The notes below the pieces were generated by a model. It saw only the letters and a program-made list of their open reading frames with translations. It was not told where the DNA came from and made no database searches. A stretch of DNA of 64,000 bases, taken from the IMG/VR virus record IMGVR_UViG_3300010011_000004, positions 1 through 64,000 of that record. One strand, given 5' to 3'. Shown here piece after piece: positions 29,938 through 39,807 of the stretch. The stretch comes from a virus (lineage: Duplodnaviria; Caudoviricetes). Positions within the stretch are counted from its first letter, which is position 1. Every line of letters begins with the position of its first letter. A program made the position numbers and the translations under genes.

Positions 29938-31020
29938 ATGAAGTATATTATTATTGATTGGTTTAATTTAGTGAAACGCTATACATACTCTAGAGATATA
30001 TCAAATTTAGATGAGGCCGAATTAATTAGCGATATAACTATAAATATAATTAACCGAATAACTGATCTGGTAAATGAGCACAAACCGGATTTGGTTTATA
30101 TATGTTCTGACGACGGCTATAATAAACGTGCTGCAGCAGTTGTTGGTGGATATAAAAGCAATAGAAAAAAGATGAAGAGTTTAACTGAAGAAGAAAAAGA
30201 GAAGAATTACATTGAATATCTTAAAAAAGTTATATATACTCTACCATTTCCTTTTATCGAAGTTAAGAATGTAGAAGCTGATCTGATCGTTTATGTGCTA
30301 ATAAAATATTTAAGAAAATTAGATGATCGCGCCAGGTTTGTGATAGCTACAAGTGATTCAGATTTTATACAACTATTAGATGATAATGTTACTATTTTTG
30401 ATTGGTACAAAGGAATCATCACGAGTGAAAATTGGTGTTCTAAACATAAACTAGATGTACAATTCGATTATCATAATTATGCCTTAGCGAAATCTATAGT
30501 AGGAGATAAAAGCGATAACATAAAAGGTATTCATAGTTGGGGATGGAAAAAAATATCTAGAATATTTAACATTATTAATAATGTTTACGAAGGAACAAAT
30601 ATTAAAATTGATAATGTAAACGATTTAGAAAGTATTATAGATAATATACTGGAAAATCATAATGATAAGTTAAATAATAAGGATAAAACATTATTGAAAA
30701 ATTTCAAAGTTATTTTGAGCGACAGTGAGAATAAAAAATTAATACATTCTAACCAATCAGTTATTGATCTATCTAATTTGGAGAACTCATTTATTTATAA
30801 AATAATTAATACGATCAACAGAGAAACGTTCGAACGTCAACTTAAATATGATCAAAAAGAGCTATATAAACTGCTGCGTTTAAATATGCATGCTGGAAAT
30901 GATGCAGAATATGCACAAATTATGCGAAAAAATGCAAAATCTTCAATGATTTTAATGCATTTTTCACGTAAAATAAATGAGACAATAAAAATATTAACCA
31001 AACAAAAGGTGATGTCATGA
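29938..31020 (+). CDS. 5'-3' exonuclease (T4 RNase H / FEN-like)
   Basis: IIDWFN, YKSNR, VEADLIV, SDSDFIQL, IVGDKSDNIKGI. Confidence 0.92.
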   Translation: MKYIIIDWFNLVKRYTYSRDISNLDEAELISDITINIINRITDLVNEHKPDLVYICSDDGYNKRAAAVVGGYKSNRKKMKSLTEEEKEKNYIEYLKKVIYTLPFPFIEVKNVEADLIVYVLIKYLRKLDDRARFVIATSDSDFIQLLDDNVTIFDWYKGIITSENWCSKHKLDVQFDYHNYALAKSIVGDKSDNIKGIHSWGWKKISRIFNIINNVYEGTNIKIDNVNDLESIIDNILENHNDKLNNKDKTLLKNFKVILSDSENKKLIHSNQSVIDLSNLENSFIYKIINTINRETFERQLKYDQKELYKLLRLNMHAGNDAEYAQIMRKNAKSSMILMHFSRKINETIKILTKQKVMS

Positions 31021-32141
31021 GGGCAATCCTGGTGGGAGATATCCATATTGATAATGTAAAATCAACAATAGCTAATAGCGAATCATTTCATGAGATATTC
31101 CAATTGTTTGATTTAATCAGAAATACAATGTATAAGGAAAAACCAGATTTTATTATATTTTTCGGTGATATATTTAACTCACCGAATGCAATTACAGCTC
31201 CAGTTATGAGTATAATATCTAAGCTAATTGCTGAACTAGCTTTGGATACAGCCGTCTTAATAATAGTTGGAAATCACGATGATGTAGATAATAAGGTATC
31301 AACGATAAAAGTCGGTGATAGGGATATAAAAGTAAGAGCATCTCTTTTGGCGCCGTTTTCTTATTATCACAATGTAGCGGTCTTTAGCTCTCCAACAGTT
31401 ATTAAAATTGATAATGGAATTGAAACTGCTTTTATTCCGTATTCAACAGATATACGCCCACTTTTAGATGAAGCTGATAAAGCTTTCAGTTTAGGTGCTA
31501 AGAGGATTTTAATGGGGCATTTTGATGTATACCAAACTCCATATGATCATATGTATCGAAGAGAAGATACTTCGAACGTTCCAACTGCTGAAGAATTAAT
31601 TAGACGATACAAATATGATATTGCACTGTTAGGTCATATCCATGACCCAGCTGAATATATCGTCGACGGAAAAAAAGTTAAATATATTGGTTCAAGTCGT
31701 AATGTGGACTTTAGAAATATATGTGAGAATAAAGGAATATATTTATTTGATTTTGATACATTGGATTTAAAGTATATTGATAATCCGCACACATATATCT
31801 ATAAAATTTTCACTAATTTAAAAGAGCTGAAAGATTATTGTGCTAATAATGAATTAGAAAAATTAAGCAGAACAAAGATATTATATAAATATAAAAGCGA
31901 TAGAGAAGTACTTAGTGTTTCGAAACTGAAAGAATTTTTTAAATCAATTAAGTTTAATAAAACGACTGGGTCAGAAGATATCAACAGGACATCTTTACAT
32001 GCAGTACATGAGTTCGAAGAACTGCTAGCTAATAATTTATTAACAGAAGAGAAATTGATCGATTATGCATTGCAGTTTAAGAAACCGCCCGTTGATGAAC
32101 AAAGTACATTAGAAATAATTAAATATATAAAAAGACGGTGA
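31017..32141 (+). CDS. gp47: Recombination nuclease (Mre11/SbcD, gp47-like)
   Basis: GDIH, GDIF, GNHD, MGH, LGHIH, YIGS metallophosphoesterase motifs. Confidence 0.93.
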   Translation: MRAILVGDIHIDNVKSTIANSESFHEIFQLFDLIRNTMYKEKPDFIIFFGDIFNSPNAITAPVMSIISKLIAELALDTAVLIIVGNHDDVDNKVSTIKVGDRDIKVRASLLAPFSYYHNVAVFSSPTVIKIDNGIETAFIPYSTDIRPLLDEADKAFSLGAKRILMGHFDVYQTPYDHMYRREDTSNVPTAEELIRRYKYDIALLGHIHDPAEYIVDGKKVKYIGSSRNVDFRNICENKGIYLFDFDTLDLKYIDNPHTYIYKIFTNLKELKDYCANNELEKLSRTKILYKYKSDREVLSVSKLKEFFKSIKFNKTTGSEDINRTSLHAVHEFEELLANNLLTEEKLIDYALQFKKPPVDEQSTLEIIKYIKRR

Positions 32142-32344
32142 TAATTATGAAAGATTTCTTTACGAATGTTAGATTGAGATTATCTTTATGGTTTATTAGA
32201 ATGGCTATTTGGATTATAAATAAAAATACTTTAGAAGGAATGTCTTTAGTAATGTCTATAGATAGTTGGGCCAGATATCTTGAGCAAGCCTTTAAGGAGC
32301 AATCAGAAAATATATCTATCAATTATAAAATTCCAAAAAGATAG
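32138..32344 (+). CDS. Small hypothetical protein
   Basis: 68-aa ORF with GGTGAT RBS between gp47 and gp46. Confidence 0.5.
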   Translation: MIIMKDFFTNVRLRLSLWFIRMAIWIINKNTLEGMSLVMSIDSWARYLEQAFKEQSENISINYKIPKR

Positions 32345-32354
32345 GAATGATTAA

Positions 32355-34157
32355 ATGAGGATAAAAAATATTAAAGTCAAAAATTTTTTGTCATTTTCTG
32401 ATGCTGAATTAAATTTATTACAACATATTGATGACGATCCAGTTCTATATTTGATAGATGGTATTAATTATGATAGCGATAGTGACGATGCCAGTAATGG
32501 TAGCGGTAAATCTGCTATAATTGGAGAAGCCATAACATACAACATCTACGGAAAAGGACTTAGAGGATCGAAACAAAAAGTTCGTCTTAATGACATGATC
32601 AAATATGGCTGTAATTATATGATGAATGAAGTAGAATATCTTATAAATACTGAGGATGGCCCTAAAAGCCTTGTCATCACAAGGACCAAACAATTAGATG
32701 GCGGCAGTTCAGTCAATGTAACAATAGATGGTGAAGAGAAGACTAAGCGAACCAAACGATTGTCAGACAAAGATATCAAATTATTCATTAACATACTACC
32801 GGAAGTATTCTCACAAGTCATCGTATATTATAAAGACAACATCAATCTTTTGGCTATGAATTATGGTCAAAGATTAGATTTTTTTAAAAATGTCATCGAT
32901 TTATCTATGATCGATGAATATTACAACAAAGTCAAAGAATTTAAAAATTTAAACGAGAAATATTTAGATCGTTTAACTCTCAATTATAGAAATACTAAGG
33001 AAATAATAGATATTGTAGACGAAAATCGCGATAAATATAAAAGCTATTTGTTGAATAAACTTGATGAGTTAAATTCTGAATTGGAAAAATTAAACAGCCA
33101 AAAATTTGATGATATAGAGCCTCTAAAAGCTGAAATAGACAAATTTAATGAAGAATTAAATGATTTGGATAAAAAATTGGTTGAATATCAAAGTAATGTC
33201 AGTTATATAAGAAAAAATATAGATAAAATTGAGAAGGAACTAAATAAAATTGAATCGCTGGTAGATATAGAATGTCCAACTTGTAAGCAATATGTGCCTA
33301 AAGCTCATGTCGAAAAAATTAATAATAGTTATAAAAATGAGTTAAATTCGTTTAAAGCTGAATTAGATAAGTTGCTTAAAGATATAGATGTTATTAATGG
33401 CAGAAAAAAGGAAATTAATAAAAACAAAACTGAAGTTCAGAAGACTATAGATAAAATCAATTTTGCCAAAATATCTCATGATCAGAGCGTTAAAAATATT
33501 AATCTTGAGATTAAAAAAATAAGAAATGAAATTAAAGAACTAGAAAACAGCAATAATAATGATAATATAGATAAGAGTAAATATGAGCGAAAGTTGGAAG
33601 GCATCGAAAGAGCTATTAATTTAAGAAAAAAATGGGCGCTTTCGTGTGATTATTGGTATGATTTATTTGCTCCAAAATCTTTATTACGCAGCGCTATCAT
33701 TAGAAAATATATCAACGTACTAAGCGATATATTTGATTATTATATTTCAACTTTATATAACAATGAAATATTAAGTAAAATTGAAATTGATAATGACGGC
33801 CAGATTGATATTTTGTTATATAAAGACAATTTTGAAACAAATTATTGGCAGATGAGTTCAGGAGAAAGAAAGAGGATCGATATAGCAATGATTTTGTCTT
33901 TATATGAGTTTACATCTTATTTAAATCCTAACATGCCAAAGTTTCTTATATTGGACGAGATATTTGACTCTTTAGATTATCCTGGCATAAAAGCAGTAAC
34001 GGATACGCTTATCAATATGCAAAAACGACATAAAATCGATTTGTTTATAATTTCACACATTCCATTACCATTAGAAAATGTAGACGATTCTGTCGTAGTA
34101 AAACGTATTTTGGTGACTAAAAGAGATAAGAATTCTAAAATAGAATCAATTACTTAA
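32355..34157 (+). CDS. gp46: Recombination ATPase (Rad50/SbcC, gp46-like)
   Basis: KNFLSF, SNGSGKS, zinc hook CPTC, MSSGERKR, ILDEIFDSLD, ISH. Confidence 0.95.
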   Translation: MRIKNIKVKNFLSFSDAELNLLQHIDDDPVLYLIDGINYDSDSDDASNGSGKSAIIGEAITYNIYGKGLRGSKQKVRLNDMIKYGCNYMMNEVEYLINTEDGPKSLVITRTKQLDGGSSVNVTIDGEEKTKRTKRLSDKDIKLFINILPEVFSQVIVYYKDNINLLAMNYGQRLDFFKNVIDLSMIDEYYNKVKEFKNLNEKYLDRLTLNYRNTKEIIDIVDENRDKYKSYLLNKLDELNSELEKLNSQKFDDIEPLKAEIDKFNEELNDLDKKLVEYQSNVSYIRKNIDKIEKELNKIESLVDIECPTCKQYVPKAHVEKINNSYKNELNSFKAELDKLLKDIDVINGRKKEINKNKTEVQKTIDKINFAKISHDQSVKNINLEIKKIRNEIKELENSNNNDNIDKSKYERKLEGIERAINLRKKWALSCDYWYDLFAPKSLLRSAIIRKYINVLSDIFDYYISTLYNNEILSKIEIDNDGQIDILLYKDNFETNYWQMSSGERKRIDIAMILSLYEFTSYLNPNMPKFLILDEIFDSLDYPGIKAVTDTLINMQKRHKIDLFIISHIPLPLENVDDSVVVKRILVTKRDKNSKIESIT

Positions 34158-34173
34158 AAGTGAGGAGTTCAAA

Positions 34174-34806
34174 ATGACAAGATTTGAAAGCATTATCAAT
34201 TACATTCTTTCATCAGATACAGATGCTAGCAAACGCGTTATTAATTTCATCGATATTGATGATACACTGTTTAAAACAGGCGCTAAAGTTAAGGTGTTAG
34301 ATAAAGACGGAAATGTAGTTACTGAATTAAATTCTGAAGAATTTAATACTTACAAACTTAAACCAGGAGAACATTACGATTTTTCTAATTTTTTAGATTC
34401 AGATATATTCTTTAATACAGCTAAACCAATAAAATCTGTTTTAGATAAAATAAATATGTTGTTGAATAATGCAAGAAACAACAGAATAATATTTTTAACA
34501 GCTAGAGCTGATATGAAAGATAAACAAAAATTCCTCGATACATTCAGAAAATATGGTATACCAGTTGACAATAAAAATATAGTGTATATTGAAAGAGCTG
34601 GAAATTTAAACCTTAAACCATCAGAAGCCAAAAAAATAATAGTCAGAAAATATATTACGAATAGTGATTATGATATCGTTAGATTGATAGATGATTCCGA
34701 AGATAATCTATCAAAATTTTTGGAGTTAAAGGAAGAATTTCCAGATAAAAAATTTGAGGCGATTAGAGTAACAAAAGATGGTAAGATGGTCAAGTATAAT
34801 AAATAG
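34174..34806 (+). CDS. HAD-superfamily phosphatase
   Basis: FIDIDDTL, LTAR, LIDDSEDNL motifs. Confidence 0.8.
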   Translation: MTRFESIINYILSSDTDASKRVINFIDIDDTLFKTGAKVKVLDKDGNVVTELNSEEFNTYKLKPGEHYDFSNFLDSDIFFNTAKPIKSVLDKINMLLNNARNNRIIFLTARADMKDKQKFLDTFRKYGIPVDNKNIVYIERAGNLNLKPSEAKKIIVRKYITNSDYDIVRLIDDSEDNLSKFLELKEEFPDKKFEAIRVTKDGKMVKYNK

Positions 34807-34820
34807 AATGGAGATCTGAA

Positions 34821-36410
34821 ATGCATAATTTGATAGGAAATGAGCTTAAACCAACAAAATTCCAAAAAAGAATAATAGATAAAGTCAAAAATAAAAATGC
34901 TCTTGTATCAATGCCTACCAATTCTGGCAAGACTATAGTGGCGTATGCTTGGGCTGATATTCTGAACAATGATTTCAGAAAAATTATTTTTACCGCTCCG
35001 ATTAAAGCCCTATCCAATGAGAGATATAAAGAGCTCATCAAAGAAGGATTAGATGTCGGGCTGATAACTGGTGATGTTAAATGGAATCAACAGGCCCAGA
35101 TACTTTGTATGACTCAAGAGATTTATTATCAATATTACTATAAAATACCAGCTCATGTAGTAATCGATGAGTTTCATTATATATTTAATAATGAAGATAG
35201 AGCTCGCTGCTATATTGAATCTATTGCTAACAGTAATCCTAAGACAAACATGCTTCTGATGTCAGCGACATGTAGCAAACCAAACGAGATAAAAAAGCAT
35301 ATCGAAAAGCTGACAGATAAGAAATTTGTTTTAGCCACGTCTAATGAGAGATTAGTACCGCTCAAGATTAATCGAAAAGGAATTAAATTGAAAGATATAA
35401 GAGATGCCATAGTGTTCTGCTTTTCAAGAAAATCTATTCATGAATTAATAGATGAATTTTATAGAGTTAGAGATAAAATACCACAAAGAGAAATAGATAA
35501 AATTAGTGAATTGGCGTCAAAGTATAATATAAATTTCTTTAATGAATGGGAAATCGGAATATCCAGATACCACGGTAAATTACTTCCAAAAGAAAAAATG
35601 TTCATTGAATATATCTACAGGAATGGATATATTGATACAGTCGTTGGAACAGATTCTTTAGCATTGGGGGTGAACTTGCCTGCTAAATATGTAGTGCTAG
35701 CTCAGATTTATAAACCAGGTATCGGTTTTTTGAAGCCATCTGAATTCCAGCAGTTAATCGGCCGTGCCGGAAGATATGGACAGAACGAGATAGGTATTGC
35801 TACGTGGCTGAAAGATTCGCCAGTTGAAAGTAATGATGTTGATCTGAAAAGTGAGTTTAGCCGTCTAGCAGATGCAAAGCTTGAGGACGTAAAAATAAGA
35901 GTTGGGATAGATTATCAAGCTTTGATATCTGGCAGACATCCTGAAGAAGAATTAGAATTATGCAAAAAGTATTCTTTTCCAGGTGATATGACAGATTATT
36001 ACTCTGAATTGATATCTGCAGAATGTGAAAAAATTCATGAATATCTTGACTATGTCGTATCAAGTTACGGTAGTAGATTTTGTGATTTATATAGAAAAAT
36101 TCTGTCGACATCTTATCTGCCAGAATGGAGTTTAGAGAGAAATTTACGAACAGCGGAAATATTGACAGATATATGTTTTGTAACAGGAGTAGTTGATGTA
36201 GAAGATTTAGTCGCTATGCTGGAAATTGAATTTGCATTTAAATACGTGAGTCCTGGCGAGTATCTTCATGAGCTATTGCTGATCAATAAATGGTTAAGAA
36301 AAATATATGAATACAATGACGTCTGTTTTACTAGTATTAATTATTTAACCAATCGTATTAACGAGATTGATTATACTATATTCAGACCAGATTTAAGTAT
36401 TACTGAATAA
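34821..36410 (+). CDS. SF2 Ski2-like (DExH) helicase
   Basis: MPTNSGKT, APIKALSNE, IDEFH, MSAT, VFCFSRK, GTDSLALGVNLPA, QLIGRAGRYG. Confidence 0.92.
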   Translation: MHNLIGNELKPTKFQKRIIDKVKNKNALVSMPTNSGKTIVAYAWADILNNDFRKIIFTAPIKALSNERYKELIKEGLDVGLITGDVKWNQQAQILCMTQEIYYQYYYKIPAHVVIDEFHYIFNNEDRARCYIESIANSNPKTNMLLMSATCSKPNEIKKHIEKLTDKKFVLATSNERLVPLKINRKGIKLKDIRDAIVFCFSRKSIHELIDEFYRVRDKIPQREIDKISELASKYNINFFNEWEIGISRYHGKLLPKEKMFIEYIYRNGYIDTVVGTDSLALGVNLPAKYVVLAQIYKPGIGFLKPSEFQQLIGRAGRYGQNEIGIATWLKDSPVESNDVDLKSEFSRLADAKLEDVKIRVGIDYQALISGRHPEEELELCKKYSFPGDMTDYYSELISAECEKIHEYLDYVVSSYGSRFCDLYRKILSTSYLPEWSLERNLRTAEILTDICFVTGVVDVEDLVAMLEIEFAFKYVSPGEYLHELLLINKWLRKIYEYNDVCFTSINYLTNRINEIDYTIFRPDLSITE

Positions 36411-36654
36411 CTATTAATAAAATTTAAATTGCAATAAAGTATATGATAGGAGGTTTAACCAACAGTAATCATGAGTAGTAGAAATGACATAGCTAAAGAT
36501 CAGTTTAAAGACAAAGATAACGATTTGAGTAATATAATCACCTATGAAGATTTGATTAAAATAAAACAAACTAGATATAAAAGAAAACACCATTATAAAA
36601 AAAGAGAATTTATGCAAAAGTATTCATAGTTTTTAATAAAAAGAGGGAAGTAAA

Positions 36655-37077
36655 ATGAATAGAAAAGAAGCAATGTTGTGTCTATTAGCTTCTGTCAACG
36701 GTGAGCCATTTACTTCAACTCAACTTCAAAAAGCTATGTTTCTAATAGACCAAGAGATTGGAGATATAATAGAAGGAAATAGATATAATTTCCAACCATA
36801 TGACTACGGACCTTTTGATAAAGATGTCTATGCCGATATAGAAAAATTAGAAGATGAAAAATTAGCGATGATATTTGAAACTGCTAGACACATGGTGTAT
36901 TATCCAACGCCAAAAGGTATTGTTGTAGGCAAAGATTTATTGGAAGAATTACCGAAAGAAATAGCTGAATATATTAAAAAAATAGCTGAATATGTATTGA
37001 GTCGAAGCTTTAAAGAATTGGTTTTAGAAATATGTCAGGCTTATCCCGAAATGGGAAAAAATAACATTTTTAATTAA
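36655..37077 (+). CDS. YwgA / Panacea (SocA, DUF4065)-like winged-helix protein, paralog 1
   Basis: QLQKAMFL, YNFQPYDYGPF, Y.PT.KG and YPEMGK motifs. Confidence 0.65.
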   Translation: MNRKEAMLCLLASVNGEPFTSTQLQKAMFLIDQEIGDIIEGNRYNFQPYDYGPFDKDVYADIEKLEDEKLAMIFETARHMVYYPTPKGIVVGKDLLEELPKEIAEYIKKIAEYVLSRSFKELVLEICQAYPEMGKNNIFN

Positions 37078-37331
37078 AAATTAGAAAACAACAGATAAAA
37101 GATGAATATTAATTGCATAGCTGTTGAACATTAATTGAACAAATTACACAGGCATTGAACATGTTGCCGTAGTGTTTTAAGCTATATTATTAATTAATAC
37201 GTAATGTAAAAGATATGAAATTAAAAATGTAGAGGCGATTTTGGTAAAGAAGGTTGATAAAATATATTGACGTGGAGGAAGTAATTACTAGTAATTGTAA
37301 ACAACAATGCATGCAATTGCTAAATTGGCTG

Positions 37332-37359
37332 TGTACTTTCCAAAAGATTGTGATATAAT
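37332..37359 (+). promoter_or_regulatory. Early promoter TGTACT-N16-TATAAT with extended -10 (TGA)
   Basis: One of three near-identical copies. Confidence 0.75.
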
Positions 37360-37397
37360 ATAATTAGAAGGTGATAATAATTAATGGAGGAATAAAA

Positions 37398-37874
37398 ATG
37401 GAAGAAACTACTGATAAGAAAAAGGTTGGCAAAATCGATAGGATAGATGCAATGTTATTGTTATTATCTTTTGGCGAGGGTAAACCGTTTAGTGCAAATC
37501 AGCTTGATATTGGGATGTTCTTAGTCGACCAAAAACTTGGAGATAAATACTTAAACAATAGGTATAATTTCAGGCCTGAAAAATATGGCCCTTATGATAT
37601 CGTAGTTAACATCGAGGTAGAAGAACTAGTTCAAGATGGATCAGTAAAAAGAACAGAGAGAAGGAAAGGTTATAAAGGTTTTTTAGCATTTTATCGCATA
37701 AAACCAGCCGGCGTTAGAGAAAGCGAAAAAATATTAGAAAGAACTCCGCCTAAAGCCGCAGAACAGATCAAAAAAATAGCGGAGTTTGTTTTAAGTAAAG
37801 ATGATCTAGATTTAATTTATTATATCGCTAAAAATTATCCTGAGATGGGGAAATATACTCCTTTTGCACCGTAA
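37398..37874 (+). CDS. YwgA / Panacea-like protein, paralog 2
   Basis: Aligns by eye with paralog 1 (PF..NQL...MFL.DQ..GD, RYNF.P..YGP.D, IKKIAE.VLS, YPEMGK); ATG 37398 with RBS GGAGG. Confidence 0.65.
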   Translation: MEETTDKKKVGKIDRIDAMLLLLSFGEGKPFSANQLDIGMFLVDQKLGDKYLNNRYNFRPEKYGPYDIVVNIEVEELVQDGSVKRTERRKGYKGFLAFYRIKPAGVRESEKILERTPPKAAEQIKKIAEFVLSKDDLDLIYYIAKNYPEMGKYTPFAP

Positions 37875-37904
37875 TAAAATTAAATAATTAAAATTGAATA
37901 ATTA

Positions 37905-37935
37905 AAATAACACTGTCAAGGCAGTGTTATTTTTT
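37905..37935 (+). terminator. Intrinsic terminator
   Basis: AATAACACTGTC-AAG-GCAGTGTTATT then T run. Confidence 0.75.
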
Positions 37936-37980
37936 ATATAATCTCTGTCGAATGTATATTGTATACTTACAATTTAGCTA

Positions 37981-38008
37981 TGTACTTTCCTGGAAGCAGT
38001 GATATAAT
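37981..38008 (+). promoter_or_regulatory. Early promoter TGTACTTTCCTGGAAGCAGTGATATAAT
   Basis: Repeat of the 37332 and 38352 motifs. Confidence 0.78.
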
Positions 38009-38045
38009 ATAAATAGAATATGGAAGATGAAGGAGGAATTAAATT

Positions 38046-38258
38046 ATGAATACTAATATTATGATAAACGGAAAGCTACTTGATGTTAACAGTGTGGAGT
38101 TTGATGGTGTTGATTTTAAAGATTATCCAGATTTTTCTGACGTATTTGTTTTAAGTGCGGCATTTGTCGACGGAACACTATTAAACGATGATGAAATAGA
38201 TTTTATTAATAGCAATCATGATCTAGTGTATACATTGTTTATAAACCATCTATATTAA
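38046..38258 (+). CDS. Small acidic phage protein
   Basis: 70 aa; VEFDGVDFKDYPDFSD...DGTLLNDDEID; own promoter, RBS and terminator. Confidence 0.7.
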   Translation: MNTNIMINGKLLDVNSVEFDGVDFKDYPDFSDVFVLSAAFVDGTLLNDDEIDFINSNHDLVYTLFINHLY

Positions 38259-38272
38259 TCAATACCAATATG

Positions 38273-38300
38273 ACCGCGGCCTTGAGCCGCGGTTTATTTA
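38273..38300 (+). terminator. Intrinsic terminator
   Basis: ACCGCGGC-CTTGA-GCCGCGGT then T-rich tail. Confidence 0.8.
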
Positions 38301-38351
38301 TTTTATCTACATAATTAACTATAAAATTACTATATACATATATTTCAGTTG

Positions 38352-38379
38352 TTTACTTTCCTGGAAGTAGTGATATAAT
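38352..38379 (+). promoter_or_regulatory. Early promoter TTTACTTTCCTGGAAGTAGTGATATAAT
   Basis: Third copy of the motif. Confidence 0.78.
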
Positions 38380-38428
38380 ATAATTAAAAAATAGTTGAAA
38401 TAATGGAAAAGATAAAGGAGGAGTAAAA

Positions 38429-38636
38429 ATGCTGAAAATTAATCACATGATTTTTATGTTGCAAGTGTAAATATTATTGTACAATCAGAAGCTGGGATTA
38501 TGGGTATTGTATGGCACCGTTACCGTTTTGGATTGAAATCGATAGATTTTCAGTAGTTATTTCATCTGAGAAAGAAAATGATACTGAAGAAGTATGTAAT
38601 TGTTTTCAAGAAAGACCGAGTTTTTTAGCTAAATAA
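38429..38636 (+). pseudogene. Small Cys-rich gene with an apparent 1-nt frameshift in a T5 run
   Basis: RBS AAGGAGGAG plus ATG gives only 13 aa; removing one T at ~38451-38455 opens MLKINHMILCCKCKYYC...GYC...CNCFQERPSFLAK. Confidence 0.4.
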
Positions 38637-38655
38637 TAAATGGAGGTAAATAATT

Positions 38656-39105
38656 ATGAAAAAGTTATGTTATGTTATATTGTTTGCTTTAATTATACTA
38701 GTTGCACAGTCATTAATATTTAACGTTAATTGTATAAATTATATTAATGCAGCATATGCTGATACAGTGTTCGAAATCGAAGATAATTCAGGCTACATTT
38801 TTGATGATAAAAATCCTGACATTAAGTTTTATATACCTGATTTAGCTGAATTTAATATGATGATAGTTGAGGCTGTTTTGCGCAGAAATGATGATTATTT
38901 TAAATTACGTCCTATTGGTGATTCAACTATACAAGTGGGTGAATACACATATTATTACGTAGTGTCAGCTGGTATGGGTCAAGTGCAAGTTAAATTCTAT
39001 CGTTTTCTACCGCTATTTAGTGGTAAAGGTGGAGATTCATTGATTTTAGAACTTGCGCCGGAAGGTATAGAAAAGATATTGGATATAGTTGGCGGAAATA
39101 AGTAA
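38656..39105 (+). CDS. Putative exported/membrane-anchored protein, paralog A
   Basis: N-terminal MKK plus hydrophobic signal-like segment; shares motifs with the next gene. Confidence 0.65.
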   Translation: MKKLCYVILFALIILVAQSLIFNVNCINYINAAYADTVFEIEDNSGYIFDDKNPDIKFYIPDLAEFNMMIVEAVLRRNDDYFKLRPIGDSTIQVGEYTYYYVVSAGMGQVQVKFYRFLPLFSGKGGDSLILELAPEGIEKILDIVGGNK

Positions 39106-39144
39106 TAATATTAATATTACTATAGAAAGAAGGTAGATATTATT

Positions 39145-39807
39145 ATGAAAAAGATAATGTTAATTATTGTAGCATTTGTTTTGTTAATATTGATCGGGTA
39201 TATACCGAGTGCTAATGCCGAAGTGAAGTTCGTTGAATGCAAAAATAGTATTAGCTATGTTTATTCAGACGATAAACCAAATGTTAAATATTATATACAG
39301 AATGTACCTGATTTCTTTACTTATATAATTTATGCTGTCGTTCACAGGAATGATTCTAAAGAACTTCAACTTATCGGTGATTCTATATTTAAACATGAAG
39401 GATATTATCATAAATATGAAGTATTAGCTGGTGGTGGCGAAGTACATATATACTTCTACAGGATGCTTGATAATGATTTCGCTGATGAATTATACACTCA
39501 ATTAACACAGAAACAGATACATGAAATTATGGATGCACTTGAAAAAGCAAAAAAACAATCTTCCAAATCACAACAGATTTCTCCACAGGCAGTATCTACC
39601 GCTGCTAATATGATCAGTAATGTTAAAGCTAATGACACTTATGGTACATTAGCAAATTTATCTAGACTAACATCTGGAAAAGATATAAAAAATATCATGT
39701 TAAAATATCATCCAATGCTTAGTATAAAAGACGTGTTAAATTCTGGAATTAATGAATATAATATAACTGAACTTTATACCGATATTTTAACTGTCATCGG
39801 TAATTAA
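39145..39807 (+). CDS. Putative exported protein, paralog B with C-terminal extension
   Basis: MKKIMLIIVAFVLLILIGYIPSANA signal peptide; motifs shared with paralog A. Confidence 0.65.
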   Translation: MKKIMLIIVAFVLLILIGYIPSANAEVKFVECKNSISYVYSDDKPNVKYYIQNVPDFFTYIIYAVVHRNDSKELQLIGDSIFKHEGYYHKYEVLAGGGEVHIYFYRMLDNDFADELYTQLTQKQIHEIMDALEKAKKQSSKSQQISPQAVSTAANMISNVKANDTYGTLANLSRLTSGKDIKNIMLKYHPMLSIKDVLNSGINEYNITELYTDILTVIGN

